From contig SVNU01000001.1 of assembly GCA_015066715.1 (NCBI GenBank), positions 12,318 to 76,317 on the forward strand: DNA of 64,000 bases. Reading direction: 5' to 3'. This document shows positions 9,064 through 19,084 of this stretch, piece by piece. Under the pieces are notes generated by a model that had not been told where the DNA came from, did not search any database, and was given only the letters and a program-made list of their open reading frames with translations. How positions within the stretch are numbered: the first letter of the stretch is position 1; the number at the start of each line of letters is the position of its first letter. The stretch comes from Ruminococcus sp. (lineage in GTDB: Bacteria; Bacillota; Clostridia; Oscillospirales; Ruminococcaceae). The position numbers and the translations under genes were made by a program.

Positions 9064-9720
9064 TCATTTTTTCATTTCCGCTATCAGAAATTTAATTTTC
9101 TTTCCTTCATCCATGAACATTTTTTCGTGCTCGGTTTCGTAGTTTACGCCCTCATAGCTTCCGTCATGCAGGTCAAAGGTTTTGTATTTTATTTCAAAGC
9201 CCGCCTGCTCAAAATACTCAAATGATTCTTCAAAAAGCTCATCATCATCTGTTTTAAAATGAATTTCACCTTTTAAGAAAGTCTTGTATTTTTCCAGCTG
9301 ACGAAAATGGGTAAGGCGTCTTTTTTTATGCTTACCCTTAGGCCACGGATTACAGAAATTTATGTAAATTCTTTCTATCGGATCATTATCATCAAATACA
9401 TTGTCAATCTGCTCGATATTCTTTATAAATATCCTTACATTATCCATAGGTATTTTTTGCTGCTCATACGCCGCTTCAAGCTTTCTTTTGGCAAGAACAA
9501 GCATTTCATTTTTTATGTCAACAGCAATAAAATTAATGCCTGTATTATCCGGTGCCGCCTGCGAAATAAATCCGCCCTTACCGCATCCAAGCTCCAGATA
9601 TATGGGTGCGTTATTTTTAAACTCGTTTTTCCATTTACCTTTCAGTGCTTCAGGCTCATTTATGCAGAAATCACATGCCTCAAGCTCTGGCTTTGCCCAC
9701 GGCTTACATCTTATTCTCAT
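9064..9720 (-). CDS. trmB: tRNA (guanine-N7)-methyltransferase
   Basis: [43 protein letters not shown]; start ATG 9720. Confidence 0.95.
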   Translation of the reverse strand: MRIRCKPWAKPELEACDFCINEPEALKGKWKNEFKNNAPIYLELGCGKGGFISQAAPDNTGINFIAVDIKNEMLVLAKRKLEAAYEQQKIPMDNVRIFIKNIEQIDNVFDDNDPIERIYINFCNPWPKGKHKKRRLTHFRQLEKYKTFLKGEIHFKTDDDELFEESFEYFEQAGFEIKYKTFDLHDGSYEGVNYETEHEKMFMDEGKKIKFLIAEMKK

Positions 9721-9803
9721 AATTTCTCTCCATTTCAAATTAACTGTAAGAATATTATAACACAAATTTCAGAAAAGTACACTATTTTTTCAAAAAAATT
9801 TTG

Positions 9804-9833
9804 TTGACACTACAGCAGTCATTATTATATAAT
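9804..9833 (+). promoter_or_regulatory. SigA-type promoter of the esterase gene
   Basis: TTGACA-N18-TATAAT. Confidence 0.6.
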
Positions 9834-9862
9834 ATAGCTATCAACTGAAAGGAAATAAAATT

Positions 9863-10699
9863 ATGAATATCAGCCTTAAAGATATACCATACGAAAAATT
9901 CGGACTCAATCCTGAAAACTACTCACCTGTTTTAATCCCGTTCACACTCAATTATTCACAGGAGCTTGGCAAAAGAAAACGCCCCTGTGTAATTATATGC
10001 CCCGGCGGCGGTTACGAATTTTTATCCGACAGGGAAAATCAGGCGGTTGCAATGAGATTTGCTTCATACGGAATTAATGCATTTGTTTTAAAGTACAGCG
10101 TTAAAAGTCCCTTTCCGGCAGCATTGCTTGAGCTTGCATGTGCTGTAAAATATGTGCGTGAAAATGCAGAAAAATATGATATTGACCCTGACGCAATTAT
10201 AGTTTGTGGCTTCTCAGCAGGCGGTCACCTATGTGCATCTCTTGGTACGCTTTACAGCAGCTATCTCGGAAGTTGCTTTACATCAAAGGAAATAAAACCT
10301 GATGCAATGCTTCTGTCATACCCTGTTATTACAAGCGGCAGATACCGTCACAGCGGTTCAATTGAAAGTATACTCGGCAGCAACCCGTCAGACGAAATTC
10401 TTGAAACAGTTTCACTTGAAAAACAGGTTACAAAATATACACCTAAAACATTCATCTGGCATAACGCCGACGACAAAACAGTACCTGTTGAAAACACAAT
10501 TGATTTCATAAAGGCGCTCAGCGAAAACAACATTCCTTTTGAAAGTCATATATTTCCTTATGGCGGGCATGGACTTGCACTTGCGGATGAATCAACAGCA
10601 AAACACATGGCACATATAAATCATACCTGTGCACAATGGTTTAATCTTGCCATTGAATGGATAAAAAGAGAATTCAACGCCGTAAACTTCAGCGAATAA
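9863..10699 (+). CDS. Alpha/beta hydrolase (acetyl esterase/lipase-like)
   Basis: CPGGGY oxyanion motif, GFSAGG nucleophile elbow, DxxVP, GGHG. Confidence 0.9.
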   Translation: MNISLKDIPYEKFGLNPENYSPVLIPFTLNYSQELGKRKRPCVIICPGGGYEFLSDRENQAVAMRFASYGINAFVLKYSVKSPFPAALLELACAVKYVRENAEKYDIDPDAIIVCGFSAGGHLCASLGTLYSSYLGSCFTSKEIKPDAMLLSYPVITSGRYRHSGSIESILGSNPSDEILETVSLEKQVTKYTPKTFIWHNADDKTVPVENTIDFIKALSENNIPFESHIFPYGGHGLALADESTAKHMAHINHTCAQWFNLAIEWIKREFNAVNFSE

Positions 10700-10767
10700 A
10701 ATATGCATCGGCATAGGCAATGTGGTCATTTTATCCGCATTCATGTTAAAAAAGCGCTTAAAAGCTA

Positions 10768-10796
10768 TTGCAAAACAGGTCACTTTATGTTATAAT
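10768..10796 (+). promoter_or_regulatory. SigA-type promoter of nfnAB
   Basis: TTGCAA-N17-TATAAT with extended TG. Confidence 0.65.
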
Positions 10797-10829
10797 GTAA
10801 TTTAGCAATTTATTTTTAGGAGAGAAAAT

Positions 10830-11660
10830 ATGTTTAAAATAGTACAGAAACGTGTGCTTAACCCTTCTGTTACTTTACTGGAAATAGAAGCTCCCTTCAT
10901 TGCCAGAAAAGCGCTTGCAGGGCAGTTTATCATATTCAGAATCGACGAATTCGGAGAACGTGTTCCCCTTACAATCGCCGATTACAATCGTGAAAAAGGA
11001 ACAATCACAATCATTTTCCAGATTGTGGGCAGAACAACACAGCAGCTGTCAGAGCTTAGTGAAGGTGATGCAATACTTGATGTTGCAGGACCGCTGGGAA
11101 TGCCTACCGAAATCGGTACAGATGTAAAAAAAGTCTGTGTAATCGGCGGAGGTGTCGGATGTGCCATTGCATATCCGCAGGCCAAGGAGCTTAAATCAAA
11201 GGGTGTAAAGGTTGATGTTATTGCCGGATTCAGAAACAAAGATATTGTTATTCTTGAAGATGAATTCAGGCAGCAGTGCGATAATCTCATTATCTGCACC
11301 GATGACGGAAGCTACGGAAAAAAAGGGTTTGTAACTGACGCATTAAAGGAACAGATTGAAAGCGGCAGCGATTATGACGCTGTAATCGCAATAGGTCCTG
11401 TTCCGATGATGAAATTTGTCTGCGATGTTACAAAACCATACAATATAAAGACTATCGTTTCACTTAACCCTATCATGATTGACGGTACAGGAATGTGCGG
11501 CGGATGCCGTGTAACAGTCGGCGGCAAGATAAAATACGCCTGCGTTGACGGTCCTGACTTTGACGGTCATGAGGTTGATTTTGATGAGCTTATGAAAAGA
11601 AATTCAACCTACAGGGAACATGAGCACAACTGCCGCATGCTTGGCAGTATCAAAAACTAA
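10830..11660 (+). CDS. nfnA: NADH-dependent reduced ferredoxin:NADP+ oxidoreductase small subunit (PyrK/SudB-like FAD/[2Fe-2S] protein)
   Basis: GERVPLTIAD, GPLG, GGGVG, SLNPIMIDGTGMCGGCRV..CVDGPDF; paired with a GltD-like gene. Confidence 0.85.
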   Translation: MFKIVQKRVLNPSVTLLEIEAPFIARKALAGQFIIFRIDEFGERVPLTIADYNREKGTITIIFQIVGRTTQQLSELSEGDAILDVAGPLGMPTEIGTDVKKVCVIGGGVGCAIAYPQAKELKSKGVKVDVIAGFRNKDIVILEDEFRQQCDNLIICTDDGSYGKKGFVTDALKEQIESGSDYDAVIAIGPVPMMKFVCDVTKPYNIKTIVSLNPIMIDGTGMCGGCRVTVGGKIKYACVDGPDFDGHEVDFDELMKRNSTYREHEHNCRMLGSIKN

Positions 11661-11675
11661 AAGAGGAAAAACAAA

Positions 11676-13061
11676 ATGGCAAATATGGCACCTAACAAGG
11701 TAATTATGCCTGAACAGGACCCGAAAATCAGAGCTAAAAACTTCGATGAAGTTACACTTGGATACACAGAAGAAATGGCTATGGAAGAAGCAACACGCTG
11801 CCTTAACTGCAAAAACAAACCATGTGTATCAGGATGCCCTGTAAATGTAAGGATTCCTGAATTTATAGAAGAAGTTGCAAAGGGTAATTTCGAAAAGGCA
11901 TATGAAATAATATCTTCAACCAATTCACTTCCTGCTGTCTGCGGCAGAGTATGCCCACAGGAAAGACAGTGCGAAGGAAAATGCGTAAGAGGAATAAAGG
12001 GCGAACCTGTCGCTATCGGCAGACTTGAAAGGTTCGTTGCTGACTACATGATAAAAAAAGGCACATCAGCTTCTTCAAAGCCGACACCAAACGGTCATAA
12101 GGTTGCTGTTGTAGGTGCAGGTCCTGCCGGACTTACATGCGCAGGCGACCTTGCAAAACTTGGCTACAGTGTAACAATTTTTGAAGCATTCCACACAGCA
12201 GGCGGCGTACTGATGTACGGCATTCCGGAATTTCGTCTGCCAAAAGCAATCGTGCAGAAGGAAATACAGAAGCTGCGTGATCTTGGCGTTGAAATAATGC
12301 AGGATATGGTAATCGGTAAGGTTTTATCGGTAGATGAAATTATGGATATGGGCTATGAGGCGGTCTTTATCGGTTCCGGCGCAGGACTTCCGAGATTTAT
12401 GGGAATCGAGGGCGAATCCCTTATCGGTGTATGCTCTGCCAATGAATATCTTACAAGAATAAACCTTATGAAGGGTTATCTTGATGACTATGCAACTCCC
12501 GTTATTAAATCAGAATCAGTTGCGGTAGTGGGCGGCGGAAACGTTGCTATGGACGCTGCAAGAAGTGCACTGCGAATGGGAGCGGAGCATGTTTACATTG
12601 TGTACAGACGTTCGGAAACAGAAATGCCTGCACGTAAGGAAGAAGTTGAACACGCCAAGGAAGAAGGGGTTGAATTCCTGACTCTTAACAATCCTGTTAA
12701 AATCAATGCTGATGAAAACGGTCGTGTCTGCTCTATGGAATGTGTCAAAATGGAGCTTGGAGAGCCTGACCAGAGCGGAAGGCGTTCACCGGTTGCTATC
12801 GAAAATTCAAACTACAATTTGCCTGTTGACACTGTGATTATGGCAATCGGCACATCACCAAATCCACTTATAAGAACCACAACTGACGGTCTTGAAGCCA
12901 ACAACAGAGGTTGTCTTGTTGTCAACGAGGACATGATGACAACAAAAGACGCCGTTTATGCCGGCGGAGACGCTGTAACAGGTGCAGCAACAGTTATTCT
13001 TGCCATGGGTGCAGGAAAAACAGCGGCAAAATCAATTGATGAATACATAAAGCAAAAATAA
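11676..13061 (+). CDS. nfnB: NfnB large subunit (GltD-like; often annotated NADPH-dependent glutamate synthase)
   Basis: RCLNCK..CVSGCPV, CGRVCPQE.QCE..C, GAGPAG, GGGNVAMD, AGGDAVTGAATVILAM; no gltB nearby. Confidence 0.85.
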   Translation: MANMAPNKVIMPEQDPKIRAKNFDEVTLGYTEEMAMEEATRCLNCKNKPCVSGCPVNVRIPEFIEEVAKGNFEKAYEIISSTNSLPAVCGRVCPQERQCEGKCVRGIKGEPVAIGRLERFVADYMIKKGTSASSKPTPNGHKVAVVGAGPAGLTCAGDLAKLGYSVTIFEAFHTAGGVLMYGIPEFRLPKAIVQKEIQKLRDLGVEIMQDMVIGKVLSVDEIMDMGYEAVFIGSGAGLPRFMGIEGESLIGVCSANEYLTRINLMKGYLDDYATPVIKSESVAVVGGGNVAMDAARSALRMGAEHVYIVYRRSETEMPARKEEVEHAKEEGVEFLTLNNPVKINADENGRVCSMECVKMELGEPDQSGRRSPVAIENSNYNLPVDTVIMAIGTSPNPLIRTTTDGLEANNRGCLVVNEDMMTTKDAVYAGGDAVTGAATVILAMGAGKTAAKSIDEYIKQK

Positions 13062-13106
13062 CCTTTGCTTTAAGATATTATTAAGACAGATTGGAGATTA
13101 TTTATT

Positions 13107-13505
13107 ATGCAGAATTTATTTTTAATGGCAGAAAACGCCGCAAAGCAAAGTACAGCTATGACAGCACTTACAACCTTTGGTCCACTGATTCTTATTGCTG
13201 TTATTTTCTATTTTCTTCTTATCAGACCACAGAAGAAAAAGGACAACGAAGCCAAGGCAATGCGTGAAAACATTCAGATTGGCGATGAAATCATGACAAT
13301 TGGCGGCATTGTTGGTCTTGTAGTAAGAAAAACCGAAGACACTGTTGTTATTGAAACAGGCGGCGATAAGAGTAAGCTTCGCATCAAGATGTGGGCAATT
13401 CAGGAAAATATCACTCTTACTGAAAAGGCAAATGCTGCCAAGGCTGCACAGCAGGCTGAGCGCATGGAAATGTTAAGACAGAAAAAGGAAAATAAGAAAA
13501 AATAA
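13107..13505 (+). CDS. yajC: Preprotein translocase subunit YajC
   Basis: IFYFLLIRPQKKK..IGDEIMTIGGIVG. Confidence 0.93.
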   Translation: MQNLFLMAENAAKQSTAMTALTTFGPLILIAVIFYFLLIRPQKKKDNEAKAMRENIQIGDEIMTIGGIVGLVVRKTEDTVVIETGGDKSKLRIKMWAIQENITLTEKANAAKAAQQAERMEMLRQKKENKKK

Positions 13506-13508
13506 AAC

Positions 13509-13535
13509 AAAAAAGTAGCGTTAAGCTACTTTTTT
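13509..13535. terminator. Bidirectional terminator between convergent yajC and the DUF4097 gene
   Basis: AAAAAAGTAGC-gttaa-GCTACTTTTTT. Confidence 0.75.
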
Positions 13536-14394
13536 ATTTTATATTAAATTCAATATCGCCAATAATTTCAAACACATACTGTGCATTATCATCCGGAGCA
13601 GCTTCCTTACCATTTACACTTACATCACCCTCAATGGCAGTAAAGCCATAATCAGATTTATTTCCGTAAAGGGTAACATTTACATCGCCGCCGTCAGATT
13701 TAAATGTACTGCTACCAGTTATCATTCCCGAGAGCTTTAAATCACCATCATTATTCAAAACAAGTGACTGCGTTGTAAAGTTACTGAAAACAGCTGTGTC
13801 AGAAATAAGATTCAGGTCAGCATTAGCAGCGTTTATATTCATACCATTAACATTTCCGCCATTATTGTTTATTTCAGCGTACTGACATGTAAGATTCTTT
13901 ATATGATTATCTTCCCCATTGCACTCGATAAAAATTCTTTCTGCTGTAAGATAACTTATATTCATTTCCCCATATCCGGATTTTATCTCAACATCCTTCA
14001 GATTCAAAGCAGCCGGTACATAAATATTAATAGTACCTATATTATTACGATACCCTGGCAGAAAAATGGTCTGATACCATTTTTGTGTCTCATATCTGAG
14101 TTTGAGCGTATTATTTGTTGTTGTATATTGGATAAAATCCTTTGTTACATCATCAGCTACAATGCTGAAATCCGAAACATCATTGCTGCAGATTACATTG
14201 ATATTTGCAAGTGAAATATCAATATCAAGATTATATGTATTTCCTACAGGAAGCTTCGCTTCAAAAGGACTTAGGTCAAGTGTCTTTTTATAATCATTAA
14301 GCGCACCTTTTGCAAGTCCTGTTATAATCAGAATGATGCCCAGTGCAAGTATGACAGCAGGAATTATTATTTTCAGTTTCTTTTTTATATTCAT
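13534..14394 (-). CDS. DUF4097-like beta-strand repeat protein with N-terminal TM
   Basis: N-terminal TM, IYVP..LKDVEIKSGYGEM repeats; overlaps the DUF1700 gene. Confidence 0.7.
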   Translation of the reverse strand: MNIKKKLKIIIPAVILALGIILIITGLAKGALNDYKKTLDLSPFEAKLPVGNTYNLDIDISLANINVICSNDVSDFSIVADDVTKDFIQYTTTNNTLKLRYETQKWYQTIFLPGYRNNIGTINIYVPAALNLKDVEIKSGYGEMNISYLTAERIFIECNGEDNHIKNLTCQYAEINNNGGNVNGMNINAANADLNLISDTAVFSNFTTQSLVLNNDGDLKLSGMITGSSTFKSDGGDVNVTLYGNKSDYGFTAIEGDVSVNGKEAAPDDNAQYVFEIIGDIEFNIK

Positions 14395-14999
14395 TTTCTT
14401 GCCGCCGCCTTTCTGCCTAGCTGCTTGTTAAACATTGAAAATGTAGCAATTACAGCTTTTTTTATAACAAAGAAAACAAAATTCATCGCCGGCATAAAAA
14501 GCAGTACAGGAACACTCAACAAAACAAGACCTATTCCAAGCGTTACGAGCGCAACAGATGTAAGCCCAGACATATAAGGCATGCTCATACAAATCAGAGC
14601 AATTCCGGCAAACGCCATAAGAATAAGAACTCCGGCAACCAGAAGCGCAAACAATATAATTGCAGCAACGAATAAAAGGATAAAAATAACTGCCAGTGGA
14701 ATAAAAATTGCTGTAAACAAGTAGGATTTTTTTCCTTTTGACTCATTTAAGTTTCTCTGAGCCGTCCTTACATTCTTTTTGGTTTCATGCATCATGCCTG
14801 AAATAGTATGTTTATTTCTGCTTAATATTTTTTCGGCAAGCTGCTTTGGCGTTCCAAGGTTCATAATAACATAACGCTCATTTGCAGGTCCCGCATCATT
14901 GAAATATTTTTCATAATATTTCATTGCTTCGTTGCGGTCTTTTGGAGGTAATGGCTGAAGATAATGATTCAGCCTTGTAAGATAATCATATTTTGTCAT
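14391..14999 (-). CDS. DUF1700 (HAAS-like) membrane protein
   Basis: MTKYDYLTRL..L.PLP..R.EAM.YYE.YF.DAG..E..VI..LGTP..LA, followed by TM helices. Confidence 0.85.
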   Translation of the reverse strand: MTKYDYLTRLNHYLQPLPPKDRNEAMKYYEKYFNDAGPANERYVIMNLGTPKQLAEKILSRNKHTISGMMHETKKNVRTAQRNLNESKGKKSYLFTAIFIPLAVIFILLFVAAIILFALLVAGVLILMAFAGIALICMSMPYMSGLTSVALVTLGIGLVLLSVPVLLFMPAMNFVFFVIKKAVIATFSMFNKQLGRKAAARK

Positions 15000-15220
15000 G
15001 TCAGAATAATACGCCCCTCTGATAATTTATCTTTCCATATGGCAAAGTCTGCTTAAAATAAAACAATGCCAATTTATATTATAACTCATATAATAAAAAA
15101 AGTCAACTTAAAACCCTGTTGAAAAAACAAATTTACATGCTTTAATCTGCCGAAAATCACTACAGTATAAAAGATTATTTTATGAAAATTGAAATTTATA
15201 GTAATATCAGCATAAATCAA

Positions 15221-15250
15221 ATAGCAGACAAAACGTCTGCTATTTTTTTC
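15221..15250. terminator. Terminator-like hairpin downstream of the glycosyltransferase pair
   Basis: ATAGCAGAC-aaaac-GTCTGCTAT flanked by A/T tracts. Confidence 0.6.
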
Positions 15251-15290
15251 TTCTATTGATGAGAAGCTGCATAATTATGACTACGGCGAA

Positions 15291-15776
15291 TTATTCTTTA
15301 ATATTGACTGCAAAGTAATATTTCACAGTAACATTATTATCTTTATCACCCCAGTTAACCGAGACTTCAATATAGTATTTCTTGCCTATTTCACCTGGCA
15401 TCTCAAGGTCAGGCTGACTTTCAATTATGCACTCAAAGCTTTCATTATAAACAGCATAGCTTGGCTTACCGGTATATTCCTCTGTAAAGGATACAGATAA
15501 ATTACAATTATCATCATTTATAAAGTAATCTATCTCGGGAATATCCTCTGCATTCTCTATTGTTACGAAGTTGTCAAGCTTTGACTGTTCATCATCAAAA
15601 TTATAGCTATATTTATACCCATCAACACTTATAATCTGACTGCCGTTTGAAACTCCAACATACCCGATTGATTCATCAAGAGGATTTCCTCTTGTCAATA
15701 TCTTAAAAGCACCAACAACAACCATTAATGAACCGATTATAATGCATAACCTTCTGATTTTTTCGTATTTGTTCAT
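15291..15776 (-). CDS. Hypothetical membrane-anchored acidic protein
   Basis: 161 aa, single N-terminal TM; start overlaps the glycosyltransferase stop (ATGA). Confidence 0.65.
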   Translation of the reverse strand: MNKYEKIRRLCIIIGSLMVVVGAFKILTRGNPLDESIGYVGVSNGSQIISVDGYKYSYNFDDEQSKLDNFVTIENAEDIPEIDYFINDDNCNLSVSFTEEYTGKPSYAVYNESFECIIESQPDLEMPGEIGKKYYIEVSVNWGDKDNNVTVKYYFAVNIKE

Positions 15777-17779
15777 TTCAGAGTATTTTCAAATTCCTTA
15801 AGATAGTACGAAACAACATCCTTCATTGGTTCGCATAAACGCAGAGCTTCCTTTAGGGAACGAATATAAGCAATGTCATTTCCATTATTTTGTGCTGCAA
15901 ATGCCAGTGTCATGTAATATCCAAAACGGTGCAGCTCCGGCAGAACCTCTGCATCTTCCGGATTCAAAAGTTCCGGATTATAAATATTCATCACATAATC
16001 AGAAAGTGTGCATACAAATGTATCAAACAGTACACCCTTGTCATCATAGGAAAGTGTTATAGAGCCTTCAACAGCAAATTCAAGAGCTGTAACCATAAAA
16101 TAAAGCTTCTTTATACTGTCTGAGAAATTATCAATATCACAATAGTCAAGTGCAATTTTTGCATATTCGTAATAGCCATCATAAATAACACGAAGATTAT
16201 CTCTGATTTGTTTATGACTCATTTTACCAATTGGGACGGACAAATCAGCATTATGCTTCATTGCAAGATAAATTGCAACTGCATAACCGTCATTCCAGTC
16301 GTCAATGCTGTCAATAAATTCCTGAATTTCTAATGAAATATCTTTGTTCTCACTGTCAGCCTTTATAAGCTTCATAAGGTCAATATATTTTCCTTCGACA
16401 CCTGATTTAATCATAGCATCCATGAACTCATCTCGTTCAGTAAGATGTTCAAGATAATACTGCTGCATAAGAAACAAAGCAAGCTTTGTTTTGTCATTAT
16501 CCTCAAGTTTTAAAATATTCTGATATGTTGTAGCAATATGAGAATAATCCTTAGTCTTGTCAACAAGATCACGGATAACATTCAGGAACATTTTGAGATG
16601 ATCAAAAGTCATATCTTCAAGGACAACTTTGTCAAGAAGATCAAGTGCTTCATCATATTTTTTAAGCTTGTTTGCACATTCAGCCGCTTTTAAAAATTGT
16701 TCTTCATAATCTCCTTCTGTAAGACCTCTGTGAGGACAAGAACGAAGAATAGCAGTTTCAAGCTCATCATTTAAATATTTATCATAGTATTCAAAATATT
16801 TCTTAAAATATTCATACGCTTTATCATAGTCGGTATACTCCGACTCGCACATATACAGCTGAGATGCGAACCAGTAAATAGCAACAATCGTGACAACATG
16901 CGGGTATAAATTGTCATCCAAATATTCATTTATAAATTTTATTGCTTTATCATATTTTTGTTCACGTATATAAAATTGAATAATTTTTGGATAAACAGCA
17001 AGACCATATGCCGTATGCAGCTGCTCTTTTGCCAGATTATAATATTCAAGAAAATATTTTTCATTTTTTTCAAACTTACTGTATTCCTCATCTCCGGACA
17101 TAGCATCACACAAATGCGCCAAAACACGTAAATCCTCGGGATTCTTCTTATATTCTTCAAAAATTGGTTTCAAGTTTCTTTCAGCTTTTTTATGAAGTTC
17201 CTGTTGATTGGCATATACGTAACCATAATGATGAAGTTTTACTGAAAAAATACCATGAGGATTTGGCTGTGGCAAACCTTCATGAATGGCACCTTCAAAT
17301 TCAACACCATCCTCAAGCCGCACAAGTCTTGGGGCATAAAACTGATCAAATGCTTTTTTCTTACCATAAGTATAATTCAATATTGGAATGCTTGCCGATT
17401 TATATTTTTGCCAAAGCTCAGGTAAAGAAAAAAACTTAATGATTTCATCACAGTCCTCATCTAGATACTCATCAGCATCAATAAACATAAACCACTCACC
17501 TACGGCTTTTTTCAAGCCGAAATTTCTTGCAGCTGCGAAATCATTTATCCATTCAAAATCATAAACTTTATCTGTGTATTTATATGCTATTTCCTTTGAA
17601 CTGTCTGTAGAACCTGTATCAACAATAATAAGCTCACTTGAAACATTATCCCGAAGCTTCTGTAAAGCCGAAAGGCAATTTTCAAGATGCTTTTCTTCAT
17701 TTTTTACAATCATGCCTATTGAAAGAAGTATTTTATCTGGATCAGGATTATATACAGTCTGTTTAATATTTGATTTCAT
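15773..17779 (-). CDS. GT2 glycosyltransferase with TPR-like helical C-terminus (probable flagellin glycosyltransferase)
   Basis: LSIGMIVKNEE, VDTGSTD, FAAARN, IDADE, AIHE, HYGY; directly downstream of flagellin. Confidence 0.85.
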   Translation of the reverse strand: MKSNIKQTVYNPDPDKILLSIGMIVKNEEKHLENCLSALQKLRDNVSSELIIVDTGSTDSSKEIAYKYTDKVYDFEWINDFAAARNFGLKKAVGEWFMFIDADEYLDEDCDEIIKFFSLPELWQKYKSASIPILNYTYGKKKAFDQFYAPRLVRLEDGVEFEGAIHEGLPQPNPHGIFSVKLHHYGYVYANQQELHKKAERNLKPIFEEYKKNPEDLRVLAHLCDAMSGDEEYSKFEKNEKYFLEYYNLAKEQLHTAYGLAVYPKIIQFYIREQKYDKAIKFINEYLDDNLYPHVVTIVAIYWFASQLYMCESEYTDYDKAYEYFKKYFEYYDKYLNDELETAILRSCPHRGLTEGDYEEQFLKAAECANKLKKYDEALDLLDKVVLEDMTFDHLKMFLNVIRDLVDKTKDYSHIATTYQNILKLEDNDKTKLALFLMQQYYLEHLTERDEFMDAMIKSGVEGKYIDLMKLIKADSENKDISLEIQEFIDSIDDWNDGYAVAIYLAMKHNADLSVPIGKMSHKQIRDNLRVIYDGYYEYAKIALDYCDIDNFSDSIKKLYFMVTALEFAVEGSITLSYDDKGVLFDTFVCTLSDYVMNIYNPELLNPEDAEVLPELHRFGYYMTLAFAAQNNGNDIAYIRSLKEALRLCEPMKDVVSYYLKEFENTLK

Positions 17780-17861
17780 TTTACTCTCCTATTTATTTTA
17801 TAATATTAAAGTTTTCCGGGCACAAAACTTTAATATTGTAAAATCAAAAATATAAATTACA

Positions 17862-17891
17862 ATAACCCGCCCTCTTTAAAGGACGGGTTAT
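17862..17891 (-). terminator. Terminator after flagellin
   Basis: ATAACCCG(c)CCT..AGG(a)CGGGTTAT stem. Confidence 0.7.
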
Positions 17892-17935
17892 GTAAGTTTA
17901 TAAAACTAATTTGTAAACAAAATTCACAGAAATAA

Positions 17936-19036
17936 TTACTGTAAGAGTGAAAGAACATTCTGTGGCTGAGTATTTGCCTGAGCGAGCATAGCCTGAGCAG
18001 CCTGTGTAAGAACATTGCTCTGTGTGTAGCTCATCATTTCCTTAGCCATGTCTGTATCACGGATACGGCTGTTAGCTGTTTCCATATTTTCCTTAGCAGT
18101 ATCAAGGTTATTGATTGTGTAATCAAGTCTGTTCTGTGTAGCACCGAGCTGAGCTCTCTGGAGAGATACTTCATCGATAGCGTCACGGATTAATTCAGCT
18201 GCCTTAGAAGCCATAGCCTGATCAGAAATGTTGATTGTACGACCAGAAATCCATGATGAAGCAACACCAGTTGACATCTCTGTACCAACGTTAACAGTAT
18301 TAGCACCTGTTGTGCTGTTACCGATTGTAAGGTTACCAGAAGTTGTTGTTGAACCATCAGCCTTGTTGTATGTAACAGCTGTGTTCATTGACTTAAAGAG
18401 ATTGTCAGTTGTCATTCTCTTGATTGAAACTGTGAGCTTATCAGCCTTGTTTGATGTTTCACCGATCTGGAGTGAAATAGCCTTAGCTGTAGCTGTAGTG
18501 TCAAAACCTGTACCATCTGCCTTACAAACTGATGCACCTGAAGAACCATCAAGGTTACCGTTGAGGAGCTTGTTGCCGTTGAAGTTAGCTGTAAGAGCAA
18601 TTCTGTCGATTTCTGCACAAAGCTGATCCATTTCAGCCTGAAGAGCAGCTCTGTCTGTACCTGCATTGAGGTTACCAGAAGCATCTACACCGTAAGCTGA
18701 AGCACCAGTCTTACCAGAATCTTCGTTGATACCGTTAGCTGATTTTTCAGCAAGTTCAACCATTCTGTTGAGCATGTCATGGATTTCACCCATGTAACCT
18801 TCTGTTGTCTGGATCATTGAGATACCATCTTCACAGTTAGCTGATGCTGTACCTAAAGCCTTGATCTGAGCTTTCATCTTTTCAGAAATAGCGAGACCTG
18901 AAGCGTCATCGCCTGCACGGTTAATCTTGTAACCTGAAGCGAGTTTTTCGAGTGACTTAGCATTTGTCTTGCTGTTCTTGTTTAAATTTCTGTGTGAATT
19001 TAAAGCATTCACGTTAGTTCTAACTACCATTCCCAT
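17936..19036 (-). CDS. fliC: Flagellin
   Basis: SLEKLASGYKINRAGDDASGLAISEKM, RAQLGATQNRL, SRIRDTDMAKEM, QAMLAQAN..VLSLLQ. Confidence 0.98.
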   Translation of the reverse strand: MGMVVRTNVNALNSHRNLNKNSKTNAKSLEKLASGYKINRAGDDASGLAISEKMKAQIKALGTASANCEDGISMIQTTEGYMGEIHDMLNRMVELAEKSANGINEDSGKTGASAYGVDASGNLNAGTDRAALQAEMDQLCAEIDRIALTANFNGNKLLNGNLDGSSGASVCKADGTGFDTTATAKAISLQIGETSNKADKLTVSIKRMTTDNLFKSMNTAVTYNKADGSTTTSGNLTIGNSTTGANTVNVGTEMSTGVASSWISGRTINISDQAMASKAAELIRDAIDEVSLQRAQLGATQNRLDYTINNLDTAKENMETANSRIRDTDMAKEMMSYTQSNVLTQAAQAMLAQANTQPQNVLSLLQ

Positions 19037-19066
19037 AACAATACCTCCATGTTATAATTAAATTTC

Positions 19067-19084
19067 AGAAGCTTCCTTGCTTCC
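19067..19084 (-). promoter_or_regulatory. CsrA-type GGA-loop hairpin in the flagellin leader
   Basis: GGAAGC-AAGGAA-GCTTCT upstream of an ATGGAGG Shine-Dalgarno, similar to the B. subtilis hag arrangement. Confidence 0.6.

Noticed and set aside
10741-10815. Rex operator upstream of nfnAB
   Set aside because: No convincing TTGTTAA-N4-TTAACAA match.
10830-11660. pyrK assignment
   Set aside because: No pyrD partner, opposite strand to the pyr operon, and coupled to a GltD-like gene as in nfnAB.
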